Shown: in pieces, positions 19,614 through 29,609 of the stretch
Layout: every line of letters starts with the position of its first letter
Position numbering within the stretch: the first letter of the stretch is position 1
DNA from: an uncultured Acidobacteriota bacterium
GTDB taxonomy: Bacteria; Acidobacteriota; UBA6911; RPQK01; JAPXNP01
Reading direction: 5' to 3'
NCBI GenBank assembly: GCA_963823995.1
Contig: CAWGNQ010000006.1
Span: 173,610-237,609, forward strand
DNA length: 64,000 nucleotides
Made by a program: the position numbers and the translations under genes
The notes under the pieces: model-generated
The model's input: the letters and a program-made list of their open reading frames with translations, nothing else
Told to the model about the DNA's origin: nothing
Databases searched by the model: none

Positions 19614-20918
19614 TCACTTACTTTCGATTGTGACATTCACGGTAAGGTTCATTGGATCGGGTTTAACTTCCATGCTCATCTTCGTTCCGGGGGTGGCCCG
19701 GAGCTTGAGTCTCGAGATCGTCTCGAGGAAAGTGTCCAGATAAGTGCTGTCGTAGACCTGCCCCGGTTCGAGTTTCCAGGCCGCTTTGAGCCTTCTTGCG
19801 TCCTCGTCGGGCCATCCCCTGATCACGAGTTTGCCCATCTGGTACGTCGGGCCTTCGCTCAGAGTGAACGAATAGCTCACCGTCGCATCGTCCTTCGAGA
19901 AACTTGCCTGTGCACGGGTCTGAAGCGCAAAGTGCCCCTTCCTCCCATAGGAGTCCCGGATTTTCTGGAGGCCCTCGTCGAGCTTGACTCCGTTGGCGAT
20001 CTCACCCTGTCGCATCCCCAGCAACTCGTCCAGTTCCGAAGACGAGAAGAGGGTGTTCCCCACCCAGTCGGCTCCGGCCCAGTGAAATTGAGTTCCTTCC
20101 GTTACCGGAACGCTCAGCGTGACGCCCGAGCCGTCATCGGCGGAGGCAGGCTCCGCTGTCGCGGTTCCGAACGAGGCCTGCAGGCATCCGCGTTCGCGGT
20201 AGATGGGAAGCAGGCTCAACCTGAAAAATCCTGCCGCGGAGGTGCGCGAGTACCGCCGACCGATCAGTTGTTCCGACGCCTTGACCAGCGTGTCCGGTTG
20301 GACCTGCTGCGCCCCGGGAAATTCGAAGCCTGCGATCTTGTAGACTTCGCTGGTGACTTCGAACAGAACGAGCACCTTCCCCGTGTTCGTGTCCACGAAG
20401 TCCGTGTGGGAGACTTCGGCCGTGATCCCGCGCACTTTCAGCAGTTCTTCGAGGGCGGCGGAAGCGGTGTCCAAGGCGGCTCCGGATGCGGGCAACTCCC
20501 CCGAGTACATGGGCAGCCGGGCGCGCAAGGCGGCGTTCAATTCGGACTCGGGGATACCGACGAAATTGTCAAAGACGCAGCGTCGGAACGGAGCGGCTTC
20601 CGTAACTTCGAAGGTGACGGCCATGCGTCCATCCCTCGTCTCGTAGTGGTAACGGAGGCTGCTGAAGAAGCCGCTCTCTCCGAGGCGTGCCGCGGCGGCC
20701 TCGACGTCTTCGGGGGTGATCGGTTCGGCAAGACGCAGGCCCGACGAGATTGCCACCTGGGTTTGTTCGAGCCGGTTCAGCCCGCTGATCTCGAGCCGAC
20801 CCAACACCACGGGCTCCCCGAGCAAGTGCATCGAGAGAAGACACCCGAGTCCGAAGATGTTGAGGAGAACTGGTTTCGTGAAGCTACGGGATCGCTTGCG
20901 CGTTTCACGAACTTTCAT
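19614..20918 (-). CDS. Secreted POTRA-domain repeat protein (BamA/TamA-like N-terminal region, no beta-barrel)
   Basis: Start at 20918 has AAGGAG 8 nt upstream and a signal peptide. About four beta-alpha-alpha-beta-beta POTRA-like modules. The C-terminus lacks the aromatic terminal motif of outer-membrane barrels. Confidence 0.55.
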   Translation of the reverse strand: MKVRETRKRSRSFTKPVLLNIFGLGCLLSMHLLGEPVVLGRLEISGLNRLEQTQVAISSGLRLAEPITPEDVEAAAARLGESGFFSSLRYHYETRDGRMAVTFEVTEAAPFRRCVFDNFVGIPESELNAALRARLPMYSGELPASGAALDTASAALEELLKVRGITAEVSHTDFVDTNTGKVLVLFEVTSEVYKIAGFEFPGAQQVQPDTLVKASEQLIGRRYSRTSAAGFFRLSLLPIYRERGCLQASFGTATAEPASADDGSGVTLSVPVTEGTQFHWAGADWVGNTLFSSSELDELLGMRQGEIANGVKLDEGLQKIRDSYGRKGHFALQTRAQASFSKDDATVSYSFTLSEGPTYQMGKLVIRGWPDEDARRLKAAWKLEPGQVYDSTYLDTFLETISRLKLRATPGTKMSMEVKPDPMNLTVNVTIESK

Positions 20919-21274
20919 CAACGGATTTCTCCTTAATCGGTCGGCCAGTGCCACTCCGTGGTCAGACGAACACCCTATTTTGACGTGAAGCCGTGACACG
21001 CACAAGACAGGAAGGGTGCTTGAAATCTTTAGCCCGGTCCAGGGCCATGGATAGCGGATTCAGTCGCATCGGGGCCGGCTGTCGTAATGGGTCGTCGAAG
21101 TCGCGAACATCCGTCTGCCATCCGGGACTCGGACGGTGTAGTGTGAGATGTGGTAGAAATGCTGCAGGTCCGGTAACCGCTGCGTCACCGATTGTTTGGC
21201 CGGTTCCGGGGAACTCCGTCGGTTCCTCCCGCCGGAGACCAACGGATGGCGCCGCCGCTCAGGAGAGAAGTTCA

Positions 21275-22582
21275 ATGAAGAGTCATGGGGTGATTTCAGT
21301 TGTTTTGTCCGTCTGGTTCCTGCCGGTCTGCCTGGCCGGATCCGGAGATTCATCATCGGACGGCCCGGTGAGCGTCAGGACGTCCCCCGTGGTCATCACG
21401 GTCGGTGGACCCGGGGCCGATCTTCCCGCCTACACTTCTCGGGCCATCCAGTTGGCCGTTGATGCCCTGGCCGTCCACGGGGGTGGGACAGTGCGGCTGG
21501 GAGCGGGAACCTTCGAGTTGAGCGGGCCGGTTCGTCTCGCCTCGAACGTCACCCTGGAAGGAGCCGGGGAGGATACGATCCTTCACAAAAGCGACGGCAA
21601 CAGGACGCGCTTCGTCGTCGATGCCGACTATGGGATGCTCGCGATCACGGTGGAGGATTCTTCCGGTTTCGGCGTCGGTACCGGTATCGAACTGTTCGAT
21701 GATCAGCACAATTCGGCTTGGGACGTCAGCACGGCGGTCATTACCGCCGTCGAGGGACGGCTGTTGTATCTGGACGCTCCGACAGTCCGGGATTATCTCG
21801 CCGAACAGAACGGGGTGGTGACCAATGCCTTCTCGCCGGTCGAGGCCGTCGGGGTGGAGAACGTCCGGATCGCGAATCTCGTGATCGACGGTAATCGGGC
21901 GACGAACGACTACATCAATGGCTGTCGAGGTGGTGGGATCTACCTCCACAAAGCCAGGAACTGCGTGGTCGAAGGCGTACGTGTCCAGAACTTCCACGGA
22001 GACTCGTTCAGCTGGCAGACGACGGAAGACATCACGATCCGAAACTGTGAGGCGTCCCATGGTGGAGGGTTGGGCTTCCATCCCGGGACCGGGTCGGACA
22101 GAACCGTCATGGAAGACTGTGTGAGCCACGATAACGACGAGGACGGGATCTTCCTGTGCTGGCGGGTGCAGAACGGGGTCTTCCGGCGCAACAAGAGCTA
22201 CCGGAACAAACGGTTCGGGATCTCCATCGGTCATCAGGACACCGACAACCTTTTCGTCGACAATGCGGTATTCGAGAACGGTCGCCACGGCGTTTTCTTT
22301 CGCGATGAGAGCGAGCAGAATGGAGGTCATCGCAACACGCTGCGCGGGAACGTGATCGAGAACAATGGAATGCTGGGAGATCCGGCCTATGGAGTCTTCA
22401 TCGGCGGGACGACCCACGATATCCGGCTCGACGGGAACACCATCCGTTCTGCCGGCACCGGACATCAGGTGGCCGGGGTGTACGTGGGGGCTCGGGCAGG
22501 TACGGTGGAGATGAAGGACAACCGGGTCGTCGGTCACCCGGAGGTGATCCGGGAGAATGCCTTAAAGCCGCTGACAGATTGA
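21275..22582 (+). CDS. Secreted right-handed parallel beta-helix repeat protein (pectate-lyase fold, possible polysaccharide hydrolase/lyase)
   Basis: Start at MKSHGVISVVLSVWFLPVCLAG has AGGAGAGAAG upstream and a signal peptide. PbH1-type repeats (NVRIANLVIDGNRATN, NCVVEGVRVQN, ...). The N-terminal extension in the ORF track is rejected. Confidence 0.7.
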   Translation: MKSHGVISVVLSVWFLPVCLAGSGDSSSDGPVSVRTSPVVITVGGPGADLPAYTSRAIQLAVDALAVHGGGTVRLGAGTFELSGPVRLASNVTLEGAGEDTILHKSDGNRTRFVVDADYGMLAITVEDSSGFGVGTGIELFDDQHNSAWDVSTAVITAVEGRLLYLDAPTVRDYLAEQNGVVTNAFSPVEAVGVENVRIANLVIDGNRATNDYINGCRGGGIYLHKARNCVVEGVRVQNFHGDSFSWQTTEDITIRNCEASHGGGLGFHPGTGSDRTVMEDCVSHDNDEDGIFLCWRVQNGVFRRNKSYRNKRFGISIGHQDTDNLFVDNAVFENGRHGVFFRDESEQNGGHRNTLRGNVIENNGMLGDPAYGVFIGGTTHDIRLDGNTIRSAGTGHQVAGVYVGARAGTVEMKDNRVVGHPEVIRENALKPLTD

Positions 22583-22645
22583 CCGGGAACACTCTGGTCA
22601 CACGACTGCGCTCAGATCGAGAGTTGACAATCCCGCATCGAGCGC

Positions 22646-22837
22646 CTACGACGGAAGCAACTCCTCGGGACGAAACCAGAGATTGCGGCCCTTCTCGGTC
22701 CGACATTGCACGTAGGCTTGCCGTAGGCCTTTGCAGGGCCAGGCAGTGATGATCAGGGGGCCCGGGTCGGGCTGAAAGGGGAGAGCCTTCGGATGTATGC
22801 GGACCCGCCGACCTCTGTTGATCTCCCATGTGTACAT
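22646..22837 (-). CDS. Hypothetical 63-aa protein
   Basis: ACGGAGG SD 8 nt upstream of ATG. GC3 about 75%. Lies directly downstream of the antiporter gene on the same strand. Confidence 0.35.
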   Translation of the reverse strand: MYTWEINRGRRVRIHPKALPFQPDPGPLIITAWPCKGLRQAYVQCRTEKGRNLWFRPEELLPS

Positions 22838-22968
22838 GGTGCGAACCTCCGTTCGAGATTCGGGCTGGAAACAGCGACTGGGGGAAGGATCTCACGGGAG
22901 GCCGACATATCCTGCCCGATGGGGGGTACATTGGCTTTCGCACTCGGCTGTGTCCGCGGCTTCTCGAG

Positions 22969-24537
22969 TCAATCCGAATCTTCGGTTTCCCCCGACTCGA
23001 GTTGGAGCAGGCGTGCGTCGATATCGGCCAGCAACTTCTCGTAGATGTCCTGTCCAAGGAGTCCCTGGTGGAAGGCGTCGATGACCCGCTTCTTCTCCGT
23101 GAGCAGCAAGTGACGGCGCGCCCACTCCAGTTCCTCCGTTTCGACCAACTCGCGATCGACGTGCAGATCCTCGATCTTCTCACGCGTGTCCCTTGCGACT
23201 TCTTCGTACTCATCGCGAAGGCGGGAGAGTACCTTTCGGTTCTCGAAATGGACGTGCTCCATCTCATTGAGTTCGGACAGGGCGGCATTGGCTGCCTGAA
23301 GCTTGCCCCGAGCCATCTCGTAGGCGTCCCGCTCCTCGCTTCGTTCAACGATTCCCAGGCGTCGCAGCAGCGAGGACATGGTCAGTCCCTGAGCCAGGAT
23401 CGAGAGCAAGACGACGCCGAAGGTCATGGTCACCAGCAGTTCCCGGTGGGGAAAATCGGGTGCAAGGCTGAGCACGAGCACCATGGGCAGGCCTCCCCGG
23501 AGTCCTCCCCAGGTCAGCACCACACTCCAGGAAAGGGGAATTCGCTCACGCGTCGATCGAAGCAGCCCTTGAGCTGCAAAAATGACGAGTCCACGACCGA
23601 CGATGACCACCAGGTATGCCAGCAGAATGACCTTCCACGAGGCGAGAAGGGTCTCGAGGCGGACTTCGAAGCCGATCATAAGAAAGACGATGGAGTTGAG
23701 AGCAAAAGCCACATACTCCCAGAACGTTTCGACGGCTACGCGCGTACTGGGAGACATTCCGACCCGCGTCGCGTAGTTCCCGCAGAGCATTCCGGCGCAG
23801 ACCGTGGCAATGACGCCCGAGAATTCGAAGTGCTCCGCAGCGACGAAGGAGCCGTAGGCGGCAATCGTCGTCAGTGTCGTCTCGATCATGGGATCGTCTA
23901 CGTGACGAATGACCTGTGAAACGGCCAGGCCGACGGCTGTCCCGATCAGAGCGCCGAAACCCACGATGGAAATGAAGTCGACGAAGAGACTCCCGGGGTG
24001 GAGGGCCGCGCCGGCGACGAGCGAAAGGCTGAGCGTGAAGAAGACGACCGCCGTACCGTCATTGAGAAGGCTCTCGCCGTCGAGCAGAACTCCCAGACGC
24101 TTGGGCACACCGAGAGTCTTGAAGATGCCCACGACGGCGATCGGATCAGTGGCGGAAATCAGCGCGCCGAAGACGAGAGCGTGGCGCCAGTTGAATCCGG
24201 ACACAAAATGCAGTGCATCGGCCGCCGGCGTCAGGATCAGGACCGTCAAGGCGATCGCCGCCGCGAGGCCGGGCACAGCGAGTGACGCGATGGTGGTCCT
24301 GTTTCGCCAGAACTGCGTGAACTCGATATGGAAGGCTGCTTCGAACAGCAGCCCCGGCAGGAAGATCGAAAACAGGATCTCTTTGGTCAGATGCGGGACA
24401 TTGATGGCATGGGTGAAGCCGAGAACAAGGCCCGCAAGGACGAGTGCCACCGTGTAGGGCATCTGGAGACGGCGGACGACGATGGCCACTGCAGAGGCGA
24501 CGATGAAGAGCAAAACGAGTGCGGTCTCAGCTTCCAT
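22969..24537 (-). CDS. Na+/H+ antiporter, CPA1 family (NhaP-type), with C-terminal cytoplasmic coiled-coil domain
   Basis: 12-13 TM helices, ATDP motif (ISATDPIAVVGIF), and a GESLLNDG segment typical of NhaP/NHE exchangers. Confidence 0.85.
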   Translation of the reverse strand: MEAETALVLLFIVASAVAIVVRRLQMPYTVALVLAGLVLGFTHAINVPHLTKEILFSIFLPGLLFEAAFHIEFTQFWRNRTTIASLAVPGLAAAIALTVLILTPAADALHFVSGFNWRHALVFGALISATDPIAVVGIFKTLGVPKRLGVLLDGESLLNDGTAVVFFTLSLSLVAGAALHPGSLFVDFISIVGFGALIGTAVGLAVSQVIRHVDDPMIETTLTTIAAYGSFVAAEHFEFSGVIATVCAGMLCGNYATRVGMSPSTRVAVETFWEYVAFALNSIVFLMIGFEVRLETLLASWKVILLAYLVVIVGRGLVIFAAQGLLRSTRERIPLSWSVVLTWGGLRGGLPMVLVLSLAPDFPHRELLVTMTFGVVLLSILAQGLTMSSLLRRLGIVERSEERDAYEMARGKLQAANAALSELNEMEHVHFENRKVLSRLRDEYEEVARDTREKIEDLHVDRELVETEELEWARRHLLLTEKKRVIDAFHQGLLGQDIYEKLLADIDARLLQLESGETEDSD

Positions 24538-24739
24538 CCTCTTCTGATCCTTGCATATCCGAAGCCCGCTTGCACTCCCGTTTCAGTTCGAATTCCTGCT
24601 CCATCGGGCTCCCGTAATGATTCGATGATGAGGATTCATTGCCGTCTCATGGAGGCGGCGTCGGACCTGGAGCAAACCACTGGCCAGAGGGGGACGGGCA
24701 GTTGCCATTTCGTTCAATAGCCGGGTGTATAGTGAAGTT

Positions 24740-25249
24740 ATGATGAAGAAATATACAGCCTTTGCTTTTAGTTTTCTGGTTGTCCTGGCCATCGGTGCCG
24801 TATCTTCAACGCAAGCCGGCACCATCACCAAGAAGAAGGCCGTCGGATCGTACGAATTCGAGCTCCAGGTCTTGCCCCCGGAGCCCTTCTACACCCAGTC
24901 ACAGGTGAAATCCGACAACGTCCAAAAGGGGATGGTCGTCGAGCGTGGGGCACAACCGGTCGAACCCAACGATTCTTCCAGGCCCAATCATCATCTGGTG
25001 GTGCACGTATTCCACAATGCGACCGGTAAGGCCGTGACCGACGCGGATGTCAAGTTGAGTTTTCAGAAGCTGGGTCCCGGGGGACAGCCGACAGGTAACC
25101 CGACGCAGGTTCCGGTCGTTGAAATGCAGGTGATCGGCAAAGGAGCCGCCACGACGCACTACGGGAACAACGTCAAGATGCCGTCGGGAACCTACCAGGT
25201 CAACGTCTCCGTCAACGGCGAAACCGCGGCCTTCCAGGTCCAGGTCTGA
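24740..25249 (+). CDS. Secreted hypothetical protein with a His cluster (HHLVVHVFH), possibly metal-binding beta-sandwich
   Basis: Signal peptide MMKKYTAFAFSFLVVLAIGAVSSTQA. No family recognised. Codon usage at the start is lower in GC than the neighbouring genes. Confidence 0.5.
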   Translation: MMKKYTAFAFSFLVVLAIGAVSSTQAGTITKKKAVGSYEFELQVLPPEPFYTQSQVKSDNVQKGMVVERGAQPVEPNDSSRPNHHLVVHVFHNATGKAVTDADVKLSFQKLGPGGQPTGNPTQVPVVEMQVIGKGAATTHYGNNVKMPSGTYQVNVSVNGETAAFQVQV

Positions 25250-25350
25250 CCGCCGGATCGTTCCGGGATTTTGCCGTCAACAGAGTCGAAGCGTACCGCA
25301 AGACTCGCAGGTCGCGAGGATCGACTCTGCGCCAAACGCAAGGTGCCTGG

Positions 25351-26496
25351 CTAAGATTCGAGCCTCAAGACGATCATCGTCAGGTCGTCGTGCTGGTGGG
25401 CTCCGGAAAAAGCGCGCACCTCCCGCAGGAGAGCATCCCGGACTTCCGCGGCCGTCCGGCCCTGCGGAGTCGGCACGAGCCGAATCAGGCGCTCCGAGCC
25501 GAATTCCTCGCCGTCGGGACTCGGTGCTTCGGTGAGACCATCGGTATAGAAGATCAGTGTGTCCCCGCCAACCAACTGCACTGAAGCCTCCTCATATGCC
25601 GCGTCCGGAAAGACCCCGAGAACGGGCCCACCCGGCATCAGCTTCGTGACCTCACCCGAGCGGAAGAGCAGCGGCGGCAGATGTCCCGCATTGGCGTACC
25701 TGAACAGACCGGTCCGTTCCTCGAAGACGCCGTAAATCATGGAAGCAAAGCGGCTTGATTCGGTCATCTGGAAGAAGTCACGATTGAGTTTCCGCAATAC
25801 TGCGGCCGGCTCCGCGCTCGATTTCACGATGGACTGAAGTCTTCCCTGGAGACTCGCCATCAGCAGGGCTGCGGCCACTCCCTTGCCGGAGACGTCAGCC
25901 AGTGCGATCGCCAGCTTGCCCGCACCCAGGTCGATGAAATCGAAGTAATCTCCACCGGCGTGGCGGGCCGGCTGACAGCAACCTGTATAGTCGAGCCCGC
26001 ATACCTTCGGCATCTGCTGGGGAAACAGGCGGAGTTGAACCTGCCGGGCGAGGAGCAGGTCCATCTCGATGGCGGAGTCGGGATGATTATCGACGGTCGG
26101 CGCATCGGGACCGCTTCGGCAGGCCGCCAGAAGCGTGCGCAGCAGCTTATCGTTGTCCCAGGGTTTCAGGACGAAATCACGCGCACCGCATCGGATCGCC
26201 TCCACGGCGGTTTCGACATCACCGTATCCGGTGAACAGCACCACGGGAAGGCCGGGGTCCAGGCGTCGAATCGTCTCCAGCCATCGGAATCCCTCCAGGC
26301 CGCTCGTGGTGTCCCGGGTGAAATTCATGTCGAGCAGGATGACATCGTACGGAATGCCCTGGAGGCGCTCCGGGATGAACTCGGGACTCAATTCAGTGTC
26401 GATGCGGCTGAAGTCCGGCTTCAACAGCATGACGAGACTCGTCAGGATGTCCGGATTGTCATCGACGATCAGCAGGGATCGGTTCGCGTGTGTCAC
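25351..26496 (-). CDS. Response-regulator receiver domain fused to a PP2C-type phosphatase (SpoIIE/RsbU-like)
   Basis: REC motifs LLIVDDNPD...ILLDMNF...VVLFTG and a PP2C domain (GGDYFDF...DVSGKGVAAALLM...TDGLTEA). GTG start at 26496 has a GGAG SD 7 nt upstream; the ORF track extends to 26559. Confidence 0.8.
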   Translation of the reverse strand: MTHANRSLLIVDDNPDILTSLVMLLKPDFSRIDTELSPEFIPERLQGIPYDVILLDMNFTRDTTSGLEGFRWLETIRRLDPGLPVVLFTGYGDVETAVEAIRCGARDFVLKPWDNDKLLRTLLAACRSGPDAPTVDNHPDSAIEMDLLLARQVQLRLFPQQMPKVCGLDYTGCCQPARHAGGDYFDFIDLGAGKLAIALADVSGKGVAAALLMASLQGRLQSIVKSSAEPAAVLRKLNRDFFQMTESSRFASMIYGVFEERTGLFRYANAGHLPPLLFRSGEVTKLMPGGPVLGVFPDAAYEEASVQLVGGDTLIFYTDGLTEAPSPDGEEFGSERLIRLVPTPQGRTAAEVRDALLREVRAFSGAHQHDDLTMIVLRLES

Positions 26497-26783
26497 GGTC
26501 CAACTCCAAGAGCCCCGCCATCGATTTGCCACCGAAGTGGCAGGATGCGGAAACTCCACGCAATCTTCCCTTACTCACTCCGCAATCAGTATGCCAAAGG
26601 AAACTATAGCTGATTTGGGCCATTCCGACCGGCGGTTCCAGGGCTTCACGTCTCCAAAATGGAACGCCTCGTCTCGAAATCGGACACTGATCCGGAACTG
26701 CACCGGATCGAGCCAATGTGTGACGCCTGCAACGACGGGACGGGTCTCAGGTCCCTCACGTCGCATCTGTGCGCCTTGGATCC

Positions 26784-27623
26784 CTACCTGAAGAAACCGA
26801 CCAGCCAGGGCGTCAACAGAGCCAGGTCTGCAAGTTCCCGGCGTACGGAGAGGCCCATCCTCGGACCGCGGAGGTCGAGGGCCCACAACAGAAGCGAACT
26901 GACCCCAATGCTGAGCCCGATCCGCCAGGGTCCCATTCCGAAAGCCGGCACCAGGAACGCCAGTACGGCCAGCCCTGCAAGATACGAGGGAAGCAGTCGC
27001 AGAAAACGCGGAAAGTCGAGGGCAATCGAGTTTTGGTACGAACGCCGGTCGAAAGCCTGCTCCCACTTTGAAATCGAACACGTGTTTCCGAAGAAGAGGA
27101 GGAGGGCTCCGGAGAACGGAATCAGAAGCATCGTCCAACGCGACGGTTGAGTCGACAGGACGAAAACCGCCGAGCCGGCGGCAAACAGAAAAGCGACGAG
27201 CAACTCCTTCGGAAACAGCATTCTCGCAGGGCGAATCCAGTGAACGACCGCGAAGTAGGTGGCAACGACCGTGGCGAGGCCGATCCAACTCAGAAGTGCA
27301 CGAAGTGGCAGCAGGAGGAAGGAGGAGACCACCATCAGGACGAAGGCGGCGGAACCAACGGCGAAGAGTCCTCCGAAGTGACGGTGTGCAAACGCGTGCC
27401 GTGGAACCGTCGGTGTGGCCGGCCGACTCCGGAGGGCGTCCAGGGCCCTGTCCAGAACGTAAAGGCACCAGACCGACCCGCCCAGGACGGCGTAGTACTT
27501 CCAGCCGAGGTGCGTTCCCGTGGAGTTCGCAAAGGCCCATTGCCAAGTCATGGCAACCAGTGGAGCGTCCAGACTGAGCTGGTTGATTGCCGTCAGCAGC
27601 CTGGAGACCTGCAGTCCGCTCAA
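26784..27623 (-). CDS. Polytopic membrane protein, function unknown (7-8 TM helices)
   Basis: Strongly hydrophobic periodicity. I preferred it over the overlapping frames (26575..27666, 27147..27812), which are Arg/Pro-rich. Confidence 0.5.
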   Translation of the reverse strand: MSGLQVSRLLTAINQLSLDAPLVAMTWQWAFANSTGTHLGWKYYAVLGGSVWCLYVLDRALDALRSRPATPTVPRHAFAHRHFGGLFAVGSAAFVLMVVSSFLLLPLRALLSWIGLATVVATYFAVVHWIRPARMLFPKELLVAFLFAAGSAVFVLSTQPSRWTMLLIPFSGALLLFFGNTCSISKWEQAFDRRSYQNSIALDFPRFLRLLPSYLAGLAVLAFLVPAFGMGPWRIGLSIGVSSLLLWALDLRGPRMGLSVRRELADLALLTPWLVGFFR

Positions 27624-27745
27624 TCTCCGCCCTCACCACGGAGGCTCCCGCCTTCGCCGCCTTCATGCACTTTCCTCCGCATCAGCTTCAGAATAGACTA
27701 CAGGTCGCGATCCCGATCCACCGAATCAGCCTGGAGAATTCACGT

Positions 27746-29578
27746 ATGCCCAGCTTGCGGCCGGTCGTTTGGCTCCTGGTTCTCATCATTGGCGCCGTTC
27801 CCGGAACCGTAACGGCCCAGAGTTTCCAGTACTTCATCACCCGGGACGGAGACCGTTTAATGGACGGTGACCAGGAATTCCGCTTCATTTCCTTCAACGT
27901 CCCGAATCTCTTCTACGTCGAGGATGCGATGGCCTTCGACAATCGAATGCCCTTTCGTTTCCCGGACGAGTTTGAAATGCGGGACGCTCTGGCCACGATT
28001 CGCCAGATGGGGGGCCTGGTTGCCCGAACCTACACACTCGCGGTTTTCCAGGAATCAGCTCCGCCCGGAACTCCGAAGTTCGTCGAAGGACCGGGAGAGT
28101 TCAATGAGGAGGCGTTCAAGACCCTCGACAGGGCCATCGCCCTGGCCAACGAGGAAGGGGTGAGGCTGATCATTCCGCTCGTCAACAACTTCCAGTGGTG
28201 GGGTGGCGTTGCGGACTATGCCGCCTTTCGCGACAAGCCGGGGAATGCCTTCTGGACCGATCCGCAGTTGATCGAAGACTTTGAAGAGACCGTGCGTTTC
28301 GTCCTGGCGCGGGTCAACAGCATCACCGGCGTGCCCTACCGGGAGGACAAGGCGATCCTGGCGTGGGAAACTGCCAACGAGAGCCAGTGCCCTCATTCCT
28401 GGACCCGTCAAATTGCCGCTTTTATGAAGTCGCTCGATCCCAACCACCTGGTCGTCGACGGCTTCCTGACGCCCGTGTTGCGGCAGGATTCGATTTCCGA
28501 CGAGAACGTCGACATCGTACAGACGCACCATTACGAGGGGGACCCACGGCTCATGGTGGAGCATATCCGCACGAGCGCGGCGATGGCGAAACATCGGAAA
28601 CCCTACATCGTCGGAGAGTTCGGTTTCGTAGGAACCGAGGCGACGCGGACGGTACTGAGTACGGCTATCGGAGAAGGGCTCGCCGGCGCTCTGATCTGGA
28701 GCCTCCGTTACCATCGTCGCGCAGGAGGGTTCTTCTGGCATTCCGAGCCATCCGGAGGAGACTTCTTCAAGTCCTATCACTGGCCGGGGTTCCCTTCCGG
28801 AGAGACCTATGACGAGTCCGGCCTGATGACGCTCATGCGGCAGAAGGCCTTCGAAATTCGGGGGCTTGCGGTCCCGCAGCAGGATCGTCCGATGCCTCCG
28901 CGGCTCCTGCCGATTCAGACCGTCTCAGCCATCAGTTGGCAGGGATCTACGGGTGCAGCCGGGTACGATGTCGAGCGCTCCGAGAGTGCCGGCGGGCCCT
29001 GGCACACAGTCGCATTCCAGCTTTCCGACGCGAGATTTCAGTACCGTCCCCTGTTCAGCGACGACTCGGCGAAGATCGGAAAGAGCTATTTCTACCGCAT
29101 CCGAGCGCGCAATGCGGCGGGGACGTCCGATCCCGGCAACGTCGTCGGACCGGTTCCCGTCACCGTGGCGGTCCTGGTCGACGAACTGGTCAATGAGGGA
29201 CAGATCTACTTCAAGGATGGGAATCTTTCCCTTCGCCAGAATCAAGCACGCCGATACAAGGAGGATGCCAGTCGCCTCGACGGCCGAATGGGAGCTTGGA
29301 TTCTCTATCGGGTCCCCGGACCCATCGCTTCCTTCAAGGTCTTCGCTTTCGGTGAAGGGGGAGAAGCAGGTCTGAGGTTTTCTCTCTCCTCCGACGGGAA
29401 GCAGTTCGAGCCGATCGAGACGGCGGTGACGAATTACAGTGCCGGGGAGGGGGAGTACGGGTACCTGAGCCCGATCCTCTACGCGGGCAACGTGTCCGGG
29501 AGTTCTTCTGTTTTCCTCAGAATCGAATTCGCAAGCGCCGTCGCCCTGTCGAGAGTTGAGATCCGGCATCGACCCTGA
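27746..29578 (+). CDS. Secreted glycoside hydrolase family 5 with C-terminal Fn3 and beta-sandwich (CBM-like) domains
   Basis: GGAGAA SD, then signal peptide MPSLRPVVWLLVLIIGAVPGTVTA. GH5 acid/base motif WETANES and nucleophile motif IVGEFGF. Fn3-like block (GYDVERSESAGGPWHTVAF). Confidence 0.8.
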   Translation: MPSLRPVVWLLVLIIGAVPGTVTAQSFQYFITRDGDRLMDGDQEFRFISFNVPNLFYVEDAMAFDNRMPFRFPDEFEMRDALATIRQMGGLVARTYTLAVFQESAPPGTPKFVEGPGEFNEEAFKTLDRAIALANEEGVRLIIPLVNNFQWWGGVADYAAFRDKPGNAFWTDPQLIEDFEETVRFVLARVNSITGVPYREDKAILAWETANESQCPHSWTRQIAAFMKSLDPNHLVVDGFLTPVLRQDSISDENVDIVQTHHYEGDPRLMVEHIRTSAAMAKHRKPYIVGEFGFVGTEATRTVLSTAIGEGLAGALIWSLRYHRRAGGFFWHSEPSGGDFFKSYHWPGFPSGETYDESGLMTLMRQKAFEIRGLAVPQQDRPMPPRLLPIQTVSAISWQGSTGAAGYDVERSESAGGPWHTVAFQLSDARFQYRPLFSDDSAKIGKSYFYRIRARNAAGTSDPGNVVGPVPVTVAVLVDELVNEGQIYFKDGNLSLRQNQARRYKEDASRLDGRMGAWILYRVPGPIASFKVFAFGEGGEAGLRFSLSSDGKQFEPIETAVTNYSAGEGEYGYLSPILYAGNVSGSSSVFLRIEFASAVALSRVEIRHRP

Positions 29579-29589
29579 CCCGAGTCCTA

Positions 29590-29604
29590 CCGGAGAATGT
29601 CCGG
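29590..29604. terminator. Small hairpin (CCGGA-N5-TCCGG) between the convergent GH5 and GT39 genes
   Basis: Inverted repeat lies in the 31-bp gap between two stop codons. The stem is short. Confidence 0.2.
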
Positions 29605-29609
29605 GTTCC

